DNA of 64,000 bases. It comes from Ptychomitrium polyphyllum (Eukaryota). The position numbers and the translations under genes were made by a program. Location: NCBI GenBank assembly GCA_973851085.1, contig OZ316775.1, positions 8,742,001-8,806,000 on the forward strand, in the 5' to 3' direction. Under the pieces are notes generated by a model. That model saw only the letters and a program-made list of their open reading frames with translations. It searched no databases and was not told where the DNA came from. Of this stretch, positions 14,001-28,200 are shown piece by piece; positions within the stretch are counted from its first letter, which is position 1; every line of letters starts with the position of its first letter.

Positions 14001-14299
14001 AACGAAGTGAGGGCGCCCAAGGTATTGTAAGGAATCGAGCCGTTTAACCCCAATCCACCGAGAGAGAGGCTGTTTATTCGTTGTCCTGCGCCTAGGCCAA
14101 TACAGGATAGGCCTTGCCATTGACACGTTGGAACTGAAGAGTTGAACAGTAAAGGGTAACCTGGAAGGACATTTTTAAGAAAAGCAAAGAGATTTTGTTC
14201 GTCATCTCTCAGCATTTGAGCAGACGTGCTTACGGTCCCATAAAGTAAAAGTAGCGCCACTAGCACCAAAGTTACAAACCTTCCACTAGGCCCTGTCAT
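11083..14299 (-). CDS. Leucine-rich-repeat receptor-like kinase, At2g24230/At5g58150-like, about 991 aa, 2 exons
   Basis: Signal peptide, LRRNT CxWxGLSC, many LxxLDLSxNxLxGxIP repeats, paired-Cys cap, TM helix (AIIGILFGISFAICASLSTYVMF), juxtamembrane PVIMFEKPLLNLTFADLLQATSKF, kinase domain. GT-AG intron 11985-11745 joins exons 14299-11986 and 11744-11083 in frame. Confidence 0.93.
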
Positions 14300-17200
14300 C
14301 CCCTCCTCAGAACGTTATGATTTTGGTGCTTCTTCAATCAGAAACAGCTAGACGAACAGCTTGCTGGTGTTTTTCTCTCATTTGCTAAGGTGACGACAAG
14401 GCACTCTTCAGGAGAAGGCTTGTGACATATAAGGAAATAAATGTATGTCCTGGATGGAGCAACACGTGAATTGAAGGCACAACTTGAAGCACGGGTCTTC
14501 CATTTTGAAGATTCATTCCTGCCGGAGGTAAAGTTCCTCATCCCTCATACTCTGCGCAGAGTTCTACAGTTGAGAAGGTCGAATTATCCAATCATGTGCC
14601 CTTGCTTGGTATTTCTGAAAGCCAGCAACGCTAAACTCGAGGACAACTAAACTCTCTCATAGGCGGTAAAGAACAGACTCTACGAGAATGTGTAATCCCC
14701 TGCATCACTAGAGAGAAGAAACTGTCAGTGAATATCATTACTCGCGACTTTATCACACTTATTCGCATGTAGCAGAATGTCCGACATAAGCACAACTTCT
14801 ACATGTCTTACGAGCACATATCTCTGCACTTGTTTACAACGAATTCAGCCGCAGTGGCTTCTATGAACCTGAAAACCCCAAATCTCCCCAGCAGATGTCA
14901 GAAATCGTAATGTAACAGGTGCGTATAATGCTAGATTTAAATTTGGAAGTTCAATCAGAGAGATAATTAGTCAAATCAAGCACAACACAAAAATTAGAGA
15001 CCGTCCGTCTCTCACTATCGTGCTTCCTTCACTATCGTCCAACTGTGCTGCTTGAACAGATAGGAAATAAATCTTACAATACAAAGACAGACAGAACTGC
15101 AGGCTATTCGAAACATGAGGGCTTTGGATCCGGACACAGCTTCTCTTCCTTTCAAAGACCATCACGAATAGCTAGAAGCTCTCCACATTACGTCAAGAAT
15201 TTTTAGGATACAGATATAACGTGTGAGCACTGATTACACTCGCCATCTTTACACCATCAGACCATTGGTAGAGCGCATGCTTTGCTTCGCTTGTGGTAAA
15301 TATTGTGGCTCGGATGAAAATCTGGGTTGCTGGAATCTTGAAGTCAACTAGCGACCATGACCTAATCCAGATTCTACAGATATCTACAACTGACATCCTG
15401 AACTAATTGCAAGTTCGAGATGTCCTTAAACGGACACAGAATACTCTTATGACGTTCTTTGAGATGAGTGGTGATCCATCGCGGTGATTCTATCATGTCA
15501 CTTCCTTGGCAATAACAGGCTGGTCTAATGTTCAACTTCAGAAAATCCTTGAATGCACGAGTATTGCAAATTAAGAGAATTTCTTTCGCGAATAATCGAT
15601 CATGTACGTACACCTACCAAGCAGCTCGCCACCGGCACAAAACTGATAAAATAAAGTATGACACATTTTCCCCTAAAATTCCGAGTTCAAAACGTTTTTG
15701 TAGAGCTTACTGACCACCTTCATATGAGTATACAGTTCACAGTGAAACCACGAAGCCGCGATTTCAGTTCCTGTGGAATGCGCAAGAACCAAGACCATTT
15801 ACAAATAGTCTAACTATCTACAGACAGCATGGCTAGCGCAAACCAAAAACACCAGCAGGCCACCAGCTTGGGGAATTTTCTTTTAAGATCGAAACGACAG
15901 GAATCAAAACATACTACCAATCCAGCATTCAGGGAACTAGAAATCTCGTACCTGCTTCTCCACAAGCTCCAACTCCGCTCCATTACAGGTAGACCTTACA
16001 GTTAAGCCATCCTTTTATCACCAGATACAATCCCAAACGCATTTCACGATGCACTACTGTCCTTGGCTTCCAGTTCTGTTCCACCTTCACAAAAGTATTG
16101 CACACTATCCTGAATCAGGAGATACTCTGCTCACTGAATCTCTCACAGATTAGTTGATCGACGTGACCTTTTCTTTGAAATGTCGATGGTCCACATGCCA
16201 CATGTATGGTTTCTCACCACATCCCGCATTGTGATAACGGAACTCCCCGCACCATTGTGGTACTCCGAGTGCACGTTCTCAAAGCTAGGGATGGTTCGAA
16301 AAAGCTGTGGGGCTAGACTCAGGCCCTCAAAGGACGCCACCGTAATACTCCAAAGGGCTGTATCATCGAAGGCGCTCACACACCCAACTATGCAGTACCA
16401 CAAGGATCATCAACAATAGCAGCCTACGCAAGCGCCACCATCAAGGCAGCTAGTTTAGAATTGGAATTAGACCATGGGACCCAAAGAAAGCCGACAGGAG
16501 CGGCCAAGGAGAGATTAATGTGGATCTGAATTGCACGAACAACCATTAATAGCCATACCCCCTTTATGACTTTCTTCGCCAGAACTTGAGCAGCTCACGG
16601 TGGCAAGTTGTTCCACTCCGCTCCTCCAGACCCCATTCTCCTGGTCCCTCGTGACTCGGGACTCTAGAGTCATCGCCTAATCCGACGGTGCGAGATCCAG
16701 CTACGCTACTCCAAGTTCTCCCCAAGTCCTTTCTCTCACTTGTGTCATGGAGCAGGTGGTTAGCATTCAGTTCCAGATTACAAACAACATGCAACGACTT
16801 GGTGATATTTACTCGCACGTCCGATTCTCCGCAAACGATGAGATCATCAATTGCTTTTATCGCTAGAATTAATCATCTTCATCACAAGCACCGTGTACCT
16901 GAAATATGTTTACAAACTACAAACCATAGATGAACCGATACTCTCCTTACTAAATATTTTGTGAATTCCGGATTCCTTCTTATCTTTGACATCTGAATCC
17001 AATGACCTTATAGCAAACTTTCGAATACACCCCAGCTATAATTCGAGAGTGGCATTAAATCTGCTCCAATATTGCTCTGCGGTCACGTCATTAAAGAGCT
17101 TCAAATTACTTTTTTGGTTTCTGTTTTTGTTCACCCGCCTGTGGACCCACAAGGAATCGTTCCAGAAGTCTCTGATAATCTGATTTTAAACCAATCACCC

Positions 17201-19541
17201 AATCTTTGGATGTGACAGCAAATGTTGTCTCCAAGATTAGTCTCCATTCCGGAATCACCGTTGAACCGAACGTGACATCACATGAGCATCTCGACAGAAC
17301 TTGCAGTGCCCTTCATTATTTCACCCTCTCGTCTCGTGTGGCACAGTAGTAACGAGGAGTCAATGAGGAATTGGTAATCTAGTATTAATTTGTCAGATAG
17401 AACCTTTGCACTACGATGAAGTTCATCACGAAACGAAGGAAGTACACTTGCAGGCTGTTGCAGAAACTTGAAGGAATAAAGAATGTTGAGGGAAAGATTC
17501 AAGCACCTGGAAACGCTAGTGGATTCTCTTGCTAGGTTGCAGGATGTCTAGTAACATGCATTCTCTAATGCAATGAAGTGTTGAGTATGGAAAAAACTGT
17601 TTCTTCGGTAACTGTTAAAAACGGAAACCAGGTATGTAAGTCTCGTGTTTGGAGAAACCTACCTTGACATGTTTCTATTACTGGCTTGTCTACGACGATG
17701 AGAACCAAATTGCGTTCCTTCTAGGTTTTTCTGCTTGGAGACATAACTTGTTAGCCAAATAGTGGACAGCACTGACAAGTTCATCAATGATGGCAAGTTA
17801 TGAACTTCAATTACCATTTCTCCTCATGTCATTTTGGTATTCAAGGCTGCGTCACAGCCACTCGAGGATCCGGTAATGTGTTGGTAGTATACATAAACAT
17901 AATCTGCAGGTCACTGGTGTCACAAACTACTTCACAGATTTCACTTACCTGGTTCAATCAGACTTTATAGTTGATACTATTATATTGCAAATCAGAAAAG
18001 GCCTTTCTTTTCTAAATAATTAGGTTAATGAAGTAACCTAAGGCTCCATGTCTCCCAGGTCAATTTTCGCTGGATTCCTTGCATGATGCACGATGTGCAC
18101 GACTATGCACATGAGTTGCTGGCACAAACCACAACTCTTCAGGGAAGACCTGGGATTTGGAACCAGAACATTATTTTTGGATCGCCTGCAATCAAAGAAA
18201 TCAGGATTCAGTAGCCGTCAGGATTCAATGCCATCAGGATCTACTATGTGCCCAATACGCGTTGCTCCCGACCTCTTTGGATTGCAGGAACACATAGCCT
18301 ATCCAAAGTTTGCACTAAGGCGTGGTTTCCGAGATCGAGCGATCGGACGGACATCGGGAGCACACTACAGGGTCATGAAACCCAGCAAATGGAATCAGCT
18401 GCAACATAAGTTACTGTATATAGGCTGACCGGAAGTATAAGGGACCCCATGAACGCTTCTTCCGCTCTCCACTGGCGACATTTCGAATTCCTTCGCTCTG
18501 GTACCATTGATCATGTCGCAAGTTACTGACTCCAGCTACTACAAACTTCAAGCACTGACAACATCTCGAGTACAGTCACACAAACCCAAATTCACGCCAA
18601 AACATAAACCCTAAACCCCAGATCCCAACTCACACAACCACCATGCCACACATACTCGGCAATCTGGAATAACTCCTGTTGAAATCCCATCATAAATTGT
18701 TTCGGCTCATAGTTTACGTCAACGGAGGGATGCGGATTTACTAAGACTTGGAAAACAACAATGTCACGTATCATGTAGACGGAATGAGATGATGACTACA
18801 ATCCTGTAGTCACTTGATAGAATTCGTTTGACAACTTTTGAGGTAAAATCTGAGGCCGGCATACTTTCGTGAGCAATTGCAGCTGATAAGTGCCAGGCAC
18901 TACCCAGTATTGAGGCAAGCAGTTCTGTCTGCACATTTTTTGAAATAAGCTTTGTCAATTAGCACGCCAATACTACATTTGCACCAATTTCTGGCCCCAT
19001 CTGGTAGGTCTTCAAGAAAGTTTTGACGTTTGGTCCGTGATGCATTAATAAAAATTGTGAGTTACTCTTCATAAATGATTACATTAAATTTGATCGAGAA
19101 CTCCCATGCACTGAAGCAATTGAAGATGCGTTAGAAGATGTTTACTACAATCTATGCACTGTAAATTTTGAGGCACTGCAAGAAAATTGTAAAAAACTGT
19201 GAATACTGGTGCTGTGGTAATGAGAAAGATGAACACACAATCAAGAAACTTGAATGAATGCACTGGTATTGCTGCACTATCCGTATTGCCTTGAAGCTAT
19301 ATGCCTTCCAGGATCCGTATCCTTATCCTAGGAGAACACATTTGTCGAAGGACTAGAGCTATGCAGCGGAGCTCCAATACTTGAAGGCTCTGTAGTTTAC
19401 AAAAGATAGACTGCAAGCAAGACCTGATTATGAACATAATAATGCTTACAAACGAGATGAGAACCAGCAGGTCTTGTCATATCCAGCAAAAGCATGTACA
19501 GCTTAATCTGGAGGTGGTTATCAAGGCACCGCATACCGTAG

Positions 19542-22500
19542 CTATCTGTACAAGCCATACTGCATTTGACAAATAGAAGATGATCAGAACCAACCAAATA
19601 ACAAAAAGGGTTGGACACAGAATCTCTGAACATGAAAGCCACAATCACTTATACCTAATATATATTCCCTAAAACATTAACAAAGACGCACTATCACTTC
19701 CAAAAAAAAAGCTGATTTAGAGACATGAATATGCATAATCTACGCGCAGATGATATCTGGAGAGCATAAATGATCCCACTGTTCCAACTATCACTAGACA
19801 CAAGCAAAGGACAAACCTGCAAAAGAGGAGCGTGGTAAAAGGTTGCTTGAGCCTCTTCAATACGCCGATGAAGTTCCTCAAGCTTCTTACTCTCAGCTTC
19901 TGCATGCTCTGCTTCCTTTCCAGCTTCTCCAGAATCTCGGAACATGGCTGAACAAAGAAAACCATCAACCACCAAGCTGACACTAATGGAATTCTTTCAA
20001 AACTAGAAAAAGTTAGAGTACCATCCATCAAAACAATCCCCTTAGAATTAAGCAGGGCAAAGCTCACCTCTAAGCTCTGAGAGGACCGTAACTTGAGTTG
20101 GTATATCACGAAGAGACTTGGCCAGTGTGAATGAAGACTTGAGAATATCACGGGCCTGAGTTGTGTCATGCATTTCAATAGCTAGACTGCCAAGAACCGT
20201 TAGATACTGGGAGACCAACTGATGATTACCTAGTTGTTTGTGGGTAATTTTTAGCCCAGTTGCTAATCGTGTCCTGCAGCCACGGTGGGTATCACCATTC
20301 AGTATATACTAGAAAAACTAGCTGAAAGAGATATTTAAGTGCAAGAAAGACAAAGTTGGGAAGTACCGAGCTTCTTGTAGATTGCGTTGCTTCTTCTGTA
20401 GGACACCCGACGCAAACAGAACCAGGGTTTTCTCTCGTACCCCCAAATACGTATCTATGTTTCGATAAACAGGAGCAACAAGGTCCAATGCCTGCAATGT
20501 CACTCAACATCAGTACATCTTATATCCTGAATGCGTTACTGTCTTACAAAGAGTAAAGTGACACTTATTTACGTTGAATATAGCAGCTGTTTTTCCCATC
20601 AAGATAAACTTTAGATCATACACGTCTTTCAATCACATGCAGACATTGAGTGCAAGGAGACGACTAAAACACCTAATACATCAAATTAGGATTTCAAAAT
20701 AATGCCGTCAACTTACATGCGAGGATGAATCTGGGTCGTCAAGACAGATGTAAGATACTGCAGCATTCACTTGACACATGGCTCGCAAACCATCGCTCTT
20801 AGTTACCTGCAGGCATCATATATAATAAAACTTGAAGCAAACTATCTGCGGGGTTGTTCGGATTTTAGAAAGAAAAACGAAAAACGTCGGTAACTGTGTC
20901 AGCTATTTCAGTACAATCACCCAACTTAACTGGCTTTCTCTGCAATTCTGCTCAGGCAATACCTTTGTGTTCTGTAGAGCCAAAACACTCCTCCAGGTCC
21001 CCGAAATTCCAAACAGTACACTCAAAAAGGTACCAAATAACATCTCAGGGAGAAGCTAGAACGCCATTTACCTTGGATGCTTGCATAAAATGAAGAGCTG
21101 ACTCATGGAAACAGCCCATAGAATGTGCGTAATGACCCAGAAGTAACTGAATATTGCTCTCACTGCCTTCTAGCATCGTTGGAAATCTCCTCTTCCACTC
21201 CACCAATTGAACCAAAGACTGGTATTCCATACAGACAACACAAATAAAATAATTAGCATACTCATAATAAGTTGTCACTTAAAGGTGGTTCTCAGGCTGG
21301 AGAAGTGACCTGGTTGCAGGAGTATGCTGTTTCCATGAGTATGCTAATAAAAACCTGGTTGCGGGAATTCAATCCTGACGATATCAAATCTAAATCATAG
21401 CCGAGATTTGTTGGAATCACATGTTCTAATAGAACAATGGACCAGAGTTTCTTTGTATGCTACAATAACATACCTTTTGGGCTTCAATATAATCAGCTTC
21501 GGTGAGATCAATTACTATTTTGTTCTCAAGCAGCTGCGTCAACAATAGCAAGTAAACACCTCCGGTCCACATTGCCCAATGTTGCAAATCTGCCTCTGCC
21601 ATTCCAATCAGTAAAGGCCAGTTCTTATTTTGATCCACTAAATCTCAGTTGCAGAGGATATTCTCACGACCAGGATACAGTATGAGCAATCCTAGGAACC
21701 TTGGTAATAAAAAATCACATTTGTGGCCCAGAAGTAGAATAGAAGAAAATATTCAGATACAGAAGGCAAAAACACTTACCTAAAGTGCAAATCAAAATGT
21801 AAAAACACAGAACATGAATATCAACCCGTTATAAAGGTAAAGCCCTCAAATATGCAAGCAAACTTCGTAAACATGTAGTGACCGGTAAAATGTCAGCATA
21901 CCTGTAACTTTAGTTGTAATTCCAAGCTTCTCCAGTTCAGCTGGTCAAGAAACAAGAGTAGGAAAGGAAAAAATCAGCAGAAATGCGCAACACATAAGTA
22001 AAATAGATGGAACAAATAGATTTTACATACCGCCTATTCTGTTTTAGAGCTCAAAGAAGCGGCTCAAGCAAGTAGTGTTAAATTTCTGGTCGTACTACAG
22101 AATTCCATACCATTGACACGTTCCAACCCAGAGCTGATTCGTGCCGTGCAGTCTTTGAACATGCCTTTTGGCCTTGAGCAAACAACGGACATAAGATCGA
22201 CAAGAACCAGTACTGCAACCTTCGGTATCCACTCCTCGTCTAAAGGTGCAGGACCTAACGGTAGCTTGTTTCGATCTTCCTGGGATTGGGTTACAGGGTT
22301 CCTGTACATGTAGCCAAGTCCTTATTCGAGAATGAGGAGTAAACTTATGCCAACAGAGGAACGTTCAGACAAAAGGAGGAGCCAGAACTGGCCAAAAGTT
22401 TCAGCAATGCAGTCTAAACATATATGAGTGAAAGAACAAATGATAAGTACTGAAAAGTTTGTGGTCTCAATAGAGTAACTGTACATAAAACTGTGTAGAT

Positions 22501-24683
22501 TGTACCTTAATTGTTCATATTGAACGAGCTGCTGCTGAATTAAACCATAGTGATACTGCAAATCTGCAGTTCGTTGAGGCGGGGCACCTGGAAGTTGTAG
22601 TTCCCTAATCAACCACTCAAGCTGGTTCCGAAGCTCTTGATATACATTAGGATCAAAAACCGGCAATTGCACAGGTACTGCCTGTTCCAGCTCCCGTAAA
22701 GTTGTGTCCAAATCAGTCACGCGCTCTTGTCCTTCTTTGTACTCACATGTTCGCAGAAGGTAAAAGACGTGCAGAAGTTCTTTGTACACATGTAAGCCTG
22801 CATGTGATCGTTTCTACAAAAAGCCAGAGACCACCACGGTTTGTAACTTGTATAAAAGACGTAATCAGATTGCCAAAAATGTCCAAAAGCTTATCAGATG
22901 TAAACTGAACGACTGCAAAGGAAACTTAATAGGAAAATAATAAGTAAAAGTTCCCCTCAGCAAAAAGAAACCAATCCAGAACTGGCATTGTTGTGTATGA
23001 CATGAAAAAAAAGATAGAAAAACTGTCTCTAATACCTCTTTTCGAAACACAGCATGGAAACAATGTACATGCGGTAGTATAAATTGCTGCTAACTACATA
23101 GATGACTAGTCATACCAGGTGTTGTGGAATTCTCTCGAACAAGAGATCGCAAAGAGCAAGACTTTGCTCAATGACTGGAGGTTCCTCCCATTGCATTAGC
23201 TGAACGTGCAGCCTGGCAGTTGAAAATACCATCTGCTAAATTGAAACTTTGTCAACCACAAGTTCATACGCCCAATTCTTTAAAGATCAGGTATAAGTGA
23301 TTAGAAACAAAAAAAAACAAATACTAAGACAAGGCATTCTCAGAAAAGTGCTCATACCTGAGGGTTGCACCACAATGCACGTCAATAAACAACTAGAGTG
23401 CGATACACTGTGCATATCTCTATCGCTTCAGATGCCAAGTCTTGGTGACAAGCAGAAAATGTAATAGGAGAAAAATAATCTAAAGGGCAACCAGCAATTT
23501 GAAAGCTCAAAGAAGAAAACGTCCATCTGATCACGGAGCCATCATATCACAAAGAAACAAATAAAGAACCGACCTCAAGTTGGGGCTTATTCATGGCAGC
23601 TGCGAACTTGGAGGCACTTTCCAACACTCGTAATGCGCCGGGATAATCACTTTCAGTTGTGAGAGCTTTTGCAAGTTGCAAACTGAAGTTGCAAGCCCAA
23701 AGTCGGCCCGCCTCACTGCCAACCCAACCATTGTCATGAACATTCAAACCCGACCTCCACAAGTCATATCGTATTGAAGAGTTGGACCACAGCTGCCACT
23801 TAAGAAGCGCAAGCAAAAAGAACATATAAGTCACTGCCTCCCTGAAAAACAAAGGTCAATCCTGAAGTCACCGCCTTCAGTTAAACACATACCCAGCCCC
23901 TGCGTTGGTAGAAAGCTCCAATCCCTTCTTCAAAGTCTGCTTCACGGCAGCAATTGTGCCGACCAGTTGGTAGCATCGACTCAACAAACTGTACGCTCGA
24001 AACTTCAGCTCGAAGCAAGTCGGAATTTGTTTCAGTAACAATTGCTGCAGCCAAATCAAAGCACAGCATGTAAGCCTTCGCTTACATGAAAACACCTATG
24101 ACCAGATTTGTTATCTCTCCTAATTTGTCAGTCCGAACTTGCGAAACATTGTCTTAGCTACTCTGACCAATGCCTAATAACCTTAAAAATGTCTCCTCTG
24201 ATTCCTTAACGTGGACGAATTCCAACTAAAAACCGGCTATCCATGTTTCATTAAAAAAATCATCTACACTTGTTGCACTGGTTTTGTCAAAATTAACAAA
24301 GACAGTTTCCCTAAACTACAGTTAAGTAAACTCAAGAATCCTTCAACCACGGGAGAAAACTAAGTCTGAAGTTCCAATCCCTCTCTCTCCCATTCTCGTT
24401 CTACAAATTCCGCATCCAATCGCAAGTCTCAAATGCCAAATTCCCAAGCTCCACGAACCGAAACACGTACCGCCCGCTCAAGATGCGCCTTAGCATGCGT
24501 AACATTATCAGTATGCTGAAGGAGAAGAGTTGCAATGCGAATCCGCGTTTTCACCTCGATCACCGGCAAGAACGACACCTGACTCTGACAAATCGCCTCC
24601 AAGCACTTGACCGCCTGCGCTATGCAACCTCCTTTCTCGTGCTGCTCAGCCAACTGCCACAGCCCCTCCGCTATGGACTCCAT
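19542..24683 (-). CDS. SCC4: Cohesin loader subunit SCC4/MAU2 (TPR protein), about 666 aa, 14 coding exons
   Basis: N-terminus MESIAEGLWQLAEQHEK...AVKCLEAICQSQVSFLPVIEVKTRIRIATLLL is characteristic of plant SCC4. Phase-consistent GT-AG exons: 24683-24471, 24044-23893, 23715-23574, 23232-23116, 22813-22506, 22301-22111, 21940-21902, 21595-21474, 21218-21072, 20806-20717, 20491-20367, 20273-20068, 19947-19817, and a tentative terminal exon 19559-19542. Confidence 0.9.
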
Positions 24684-25242
24684 CGCAACTCCGCCACGGC
24701 TCAACGCAAGAACGCAATCCTCGCCCTCAGTAACCCTACATTGCCCCTGCTCTCATCCACCACGGCGGACGCCACGTCCATCACAGACGCCAACTAAACG
24801 CGAAAGTCCGCTCAATCTCCACGGAATTGTTCGAAGAGTGTCCTGACCGACGAGGTCCGAAGTGAGGCAAGGTCGGAAATGCAATTGGCCATGGTGATGA
24901 GTATGGAGAGAGATTAAAACCCTCGCTGCAAGTGTGATTTGCAAAACTGAAACCCTAGCTGCAACTCAATTGGAAACCGTACTCGCACCCTGTTTTTGTC
25001 CACTTCGTATCACTTTGAGCTTCTGGACTCAGTGAAGTTCCACACTTAGAACCCTGATTCGCCCTGTTTCCTGAGTTTCGAGGGTCCACACTCCAAACTG
25101 TTGACTCCGCAGAATGTCAACTATTGTTCCTGAAGGGAGCACATCCAAAACCGTCACCGAAATCGACATTCTCTCTACCACAAGCCTACATTTATGATTG
25201 AAAGTCTAGGATTGGCTTTAAGTTTTCGACTTTTGGTACAGT

Positions 25243-25291
25243 CACGGTTTTGGGTTTGTTCACGGTTTTGGGTTTGTTCACGGTTTTGGGT
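25243..25291. repeat. 18-bp tandem repeat (about 2.7 copies) upstream of SCC4
   Basis: CACGGTTTTGGGTTTGTT repeated. Confidence 0.85.
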
Positions 25292-28200
25292 ATAGACGGT
25301 GTTTGGCGTTCCCTGTTCAAATTTCGTACCAATGGAGTGCGCTAATAGTGAAATTCCGGGAAACACTGCGAAACAGAAACCGTCAATGCAACCAAGATCG
25401 TCAATGTTTGAAACGAAACCGTCATTGTACACAAAACCGGCATATAAATTGGAGATGCTTACATACGACAATATTACATCTATGAGAGGCGCAGATAGTA
25501 TCGCTTCTATGTATGCTGCCCTCATTTGGTTGCAAGATTAGAGAATCGAACCCTAATCACATGATTGGAACCTGAACTGCTGCCCTGATTTGATGACGAA
25601 GCTGTAGTGTACCTCCACCACTGCTCATATTCAAATTTCATAAGCAGACAGAAACATCGTCTGAAGTAAAACAATATGGGTAATTAAGACCAGTCTATGC
25701 AGAGATCTGGCAGTTCGTGAGAAATCACTTAGTTGGAATTGCCACACTACCAGTTAAAATTCACGGTTTTAGGCTAGAAAGCGAACAAAAATGATAATAC
25801 TTGATGTGCAAATCTTCATAACTATAAATTGATTATTTTTGAAAAATATTAGGATTTCGATTTTGTTTATAATTTGTTTTGGACTTTCGTGACTAGATAT
25901 TTTTTGAATTAATCAACATTTTCTAAGATATTTAAAATTTTTCAATGAGTTCTCAAGCACACAATTCTTATAAAGACCTTGCAAATGCAATAATACACCA
26001 TTAAAATCATGAGTTAATTACAAAGGCATTTTTCTAATACAAATTTAATCTCATACCAAATTTATATTGGAAATTCCATCATACTAAAAGTGTAGAATAT
26101 TTTGGATTCTCTCTACTTTGAAAAATGGAATTTGAAGCCTATATTTAAATTTAAAATAGTAGAAATGCCAACTTTGTCTTACTAATGAATTTGTATAACA
26201 AAGAATCCTCTATATACTATATTATTATCTTTCACAAATACAACACGAAGATGAAGGGCCTTCATTTTAAGAAATAGTCCTTTATAACAAGTGTAGTATT
26301 TGTTAAATTGACCAATTTCCTATACAATTTTTTAGACCTTTTTTCATCCATTATAGGAGAAGATATTTTTACCATATTTGGAGAATTTTAACAATACAAT
26401 TGGTTGAAATTCTTAAAATTCTCCCATAAAGTTTTACATTGTGTACAATCATCTACAAAAGTAACAATTTGACGATGGATGAATGTAGGAATTATCTTTC
26501 TATAATATAATAATTATTGCAAGAAGATTTGTTTTATTAACCATTTTGGAAGTGCCCTCGAAATGACAACTTCAAAAACTTATTCACTAAATAACCCTTT
26601 CCTCATAAAAACATCATTTTAATATCTTTTCATCTACTCCATGAGCCATCTACTTCATGGGCCATCCTCTGCATGGGCCATCTTCTCCCTCAAGTCACGT
26701 CTTCGGCTGAAAATTTTGCTCTCTGCCATATCCCACAAGGAAAGGTCTAAAAATGCCCTAATTATCTCAATATTGAGATGCCACATTCAGACTATTTTCA
26801 GCTGTCAAGACAATGCGGATTGGCCAGTTTAATGAACATGGCGTTTACGGTGTTGTTCTCTCTGAAACAAACCTTCATGGCGTGCAACTATCGAAGATTC
26901 CATATCAGGAGACGGAATCTGCTTTCTGACGAGACTGGCGCCGGCGTGTCTCGGAGCGAGCAGATTGCGCTCTTGGCACGCCGTTGCATGATCATGGACA
27001 CAACGTCCACTCAGAAGGTGAACCCAACTTACAAAGGCGACGACGTCTTTCTGCACAATGATCATCGCTAACCAGACCACCTCAGCAAACCGACCGTTCT
27101 CATCTTCGTGACCATTGAATCCACATTGGAAAACCACATTCCTCCGCTGCATACTGATTCCACAACAGCTAGATCTGTTCACGAAAGCCTACGGAAGATC
27201 GCCTCAGTCGATGTTCCGTTTGGAGGTGATGGTATCCTGCGGAGTGCCAACAAACTGGATCATCGCCTTGAGAGTACTCCCGTACGGCCGGTTCAAATGC
27301 CGATTAGTTCCCACCATCTTCACAGAGAAAAGTCTAGTAGTGATAGAGATTCGACCATGGCGGGGGATTGACTTCGCTGGCGTTGGCGCCAGTACAGTAG
27401 GGGCGCTGGTCAAGCCGTGACGCGCTACCGGCCGTTGGCGTCTCCGTTGACGCCAACGGTGGAGATGCTCTGATACTGTAATTTCACGACCTACCGGCAC
27501 TAAAAACTCTCTTCTGGTTGTTCATGATGCAACCATAAGCAGCAAGCTCGGTAACTTTTATCTAGTACAGCCCGGGTGATAACTTCAGATGATTCTTGTA
27601 ATCAGAAGTAAGCCGAAGTCACCAGGAGCGTGCGCAATTAGCAGCAGCTACGAAAGACGCCAAAACCAGACCTCAATTATGCAGTGGATGGCTAAATAAG
27701 GCGCTGTAATTGCGGTTCCGATCCTTAAATATCGGCTTTCATTGTGAGCTGTGAGTCGCACTGTTCATCACATATGCGCTCGAAGGCCCGCGTTCTCGAC
27801 GTTGGGGACTTGGACTTTTGAAGTAAAGGACGAATTTCTGCACGTATCATCACGCAGGTGAAGTGGACAGTCACTGGTTTCATATCATCACATATTGCTG
27901 GCAATGGAACTCGGAATGATTGTCTTTTTTTCTATGTTTTATTGAAATTGAAATCGTTATCATTTCAAAAGAAAAAAATAATTTAAATCAATCACATATT
28001 CTTGAAAGTCTACAAAGAGTGATACCAACTTCAGAGGATCACTCGTAAGCCAATCCAAAAAACTGTAAGGTCAGATTTGAGATGGTTCACACTTCTGATT
28101 CAAAAAGAAAGCTGCCCAAACCCTTAAGATTTTCTCACACGTTGACACTTGCACGAGCAAATTGTATTTAACTTACCCAGCATTGGTTGCTCAAAGTCAT

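Noticed and set aside
25130..25141. CTGAAGGGAGC resemblance to the miR319/159 core
   Set aside because: Only a partial match with no fold-back partner nearby.
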